Source: Desulfosarcina sp.
GTDB lineage: Bacteria; Desulfobacterota; Desulfobacteria; Desulfobacterales; Desulfosarcinaceae
Direction: 5' to 3'
Assembly: GCA_050124445.1 (NCBI GenBank)
Contig: JASFFF010000001.1
Span: 1-63,572, forward strand
Length of the DNA: 63,572 nucleotides
Shown here: positions 62,598 to 63,572 of the stretch, piece after piece
Position numbering within the stretch: position 1 is the first letter of the stretch
Layout: every line of letters starts with the position of its first letter
Program-made: the position numbers and the translations under genes
Notes under the pieces: generated by a model
Database searches by the model: none
What the model was told of the DNA's origin: nothing
The model's input: the letters and a program-made list of their open reading frames with translations, nothing else

Positions 62598-63572
62598 TCA
62601 TCTGAAGTGTTGGCGGAAGCAACTGATCATTTCATCCCAGCGGGTATCTTGGCCAAAACGAGATTGGGCATACATGGCCTGGTGGGCCTGATACACGTTT
62701 TCTGGCACCAGTGGACTGGAAAGGTAAACCGACATGCCGGTAGCCACGCCATCTGATGTACGGCGTTCGTAAACGAGGACCTGATCAACCAACTGTGCCA
62801 TTATCGAGTCGCAGATCGTTATCAGATCCGGCTGTCGGAGGTGGCCTTTCAACTGCCGAACAAAGTGCAGCAAGTCATAATATTCCAGGTTTAAAAAGCT
62901 GGCAAATTGGGGCGTGGCGGTCAGTGCCCTGCGCATGGCTTCCACGACCTGCGGATTGCCTGAATGGGCGATCATCAACCCTGCCATTTTATCCAGTTGC
63001 TGAACCAGCAGCGGAAGCGCACGGCAATCCACCATGGCCATATCTGCCCGATACCGACATGCTTGAGCGGTTTTGTGAGCAGCAGGCAACATTACATCGC
63101 GCCCATAGTTATCCACATGCGTATCGACCCCTTTTTGACCCAACAGCTTCACATCTGCCGCCGGATTCTGCTTTAAGGCGGCAACGATCTCTTCAAAATG
63201 CAATCCACGGATCTGATAGCTGCCCGGCGGTTGATTTAATAGGCGGATCTCATCTTGGCTGGCGACCAGATAGTGGGTTACATCCGACAATGCATAGCCG
63301 ATTTCCACCATGTTCGTCAGACAAGAAAACAGCACCATCAAATCAAAACGACGACCATTCAGGCCGTATTTAAGGGCTTCGTGAAATTGCTCCAGACACA
63401 TTTTCGCATTGTCGGTCGCGTCACGGGAAATTGATACGGTTTTTGCGGGCGGCGGCCCAGTCAGCCTGCGGGTGTCGATGACCCCCTGGCTGTGGGCGAA
63501 TGTATAGAAAAGATACCGGGTGGCCGGATAGCGCGTGAGGGTCTGGCGGATAAACCGTGCCAATGTGTCAGG
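62598..63572 (-). CDS. Clostripain-like (peptidase C11) protein, 5' truncated by window edge
   Basis: F.......YPA..Y....AHSQG (His), FDL..LFSCL..MVE..Y (Cys), ASQ.E, DL..F, G.S.Y, W..M pattern. Confidence 0.65.
   Translation of the reverse strand, partial: PDTLARFIRQTLTRYPATRYLFYTFAHSQGVIDTRRLTGPPPAKTVSISRDATDNAKMCLEQFHEALKYGLNGRRFDLMVLFSCLTNMVEIGYALSDVTHYLVASQDEIRLLNQPPGSYQIRGLHFEEIVAALKQNPAADVKLLGQKGVDTHVDNYGRDVMLPAAHKTAQACRYRADMAMVDCRALPLLVQQLDKMAGLMIAHSGNPQVVEAMRRALTATPQFASFLNLEYYDLLHFVRQLKGHLRQPDLITICDSIMAQLVDQVLVYERRTSDGVATGMSVYLSSPLVPENVYQAHQAMYAQSRFGQDTRWDEMISCFRQHFR

Overview
Chromosomal window of a GC-rich anaerobic Desulfobacterota, most like a Desulfosarcina-type Desulfobacterales sulfate reducer (inferred from gene content only). 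The left part is mostly housekeeping: coaX, an orphan cdaR/ybbR, folP, ftsH, tilS, a large Alu-domain SRP RNA, grpE-dnaK, serA, ispE-tRNA-Gln-prs-rplY-pth, a K+-independent membrane pyrophosphatase, carD and rluD. Then come: (1) a DUF3179 selenoprotein that the ORF track splits at an in-frame UGA followed by a SECIS-like hairpin, divergent from a MarR and a flavin reductase separated by a short MITE-like element; (2) a cytochrome c-rnfCDGEA(B) cluster whose RnfC lacks the usual FMN/NADH motifs while RnfB is fused to a GltD/NfnB-like NADPH flavoprotein; (3) a minus-strand cluster joining CooC and a RACo-like activator with AcuC-type and sirtuin deacylases and AcuB; (4) the most unusual locus, with phasin-like proteins, an ABC1 kinase, a PhaR-like regulator with candidate operators, a ferredoxin, two tandem acyl-ACP-reductase-like proteins (one with the catalytic Cys, one Cys->Gly) and a Ser alpha/beta hydrolase, but no PHA synthase in the window; (5) a phnDCEE-type transporter linked to a glycerol-1-phosphate dehydrogenase-family gene. 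The end holds class I aldolase, a CHASE2 Ser/Thr kinase plus FHA protein, mtnA, an ahbB-like gene, a B12 radical SAM enzyme, a fasciclin and a truncated clostripain. No CRISPR array, rRNA, transposase or prophage was seen.
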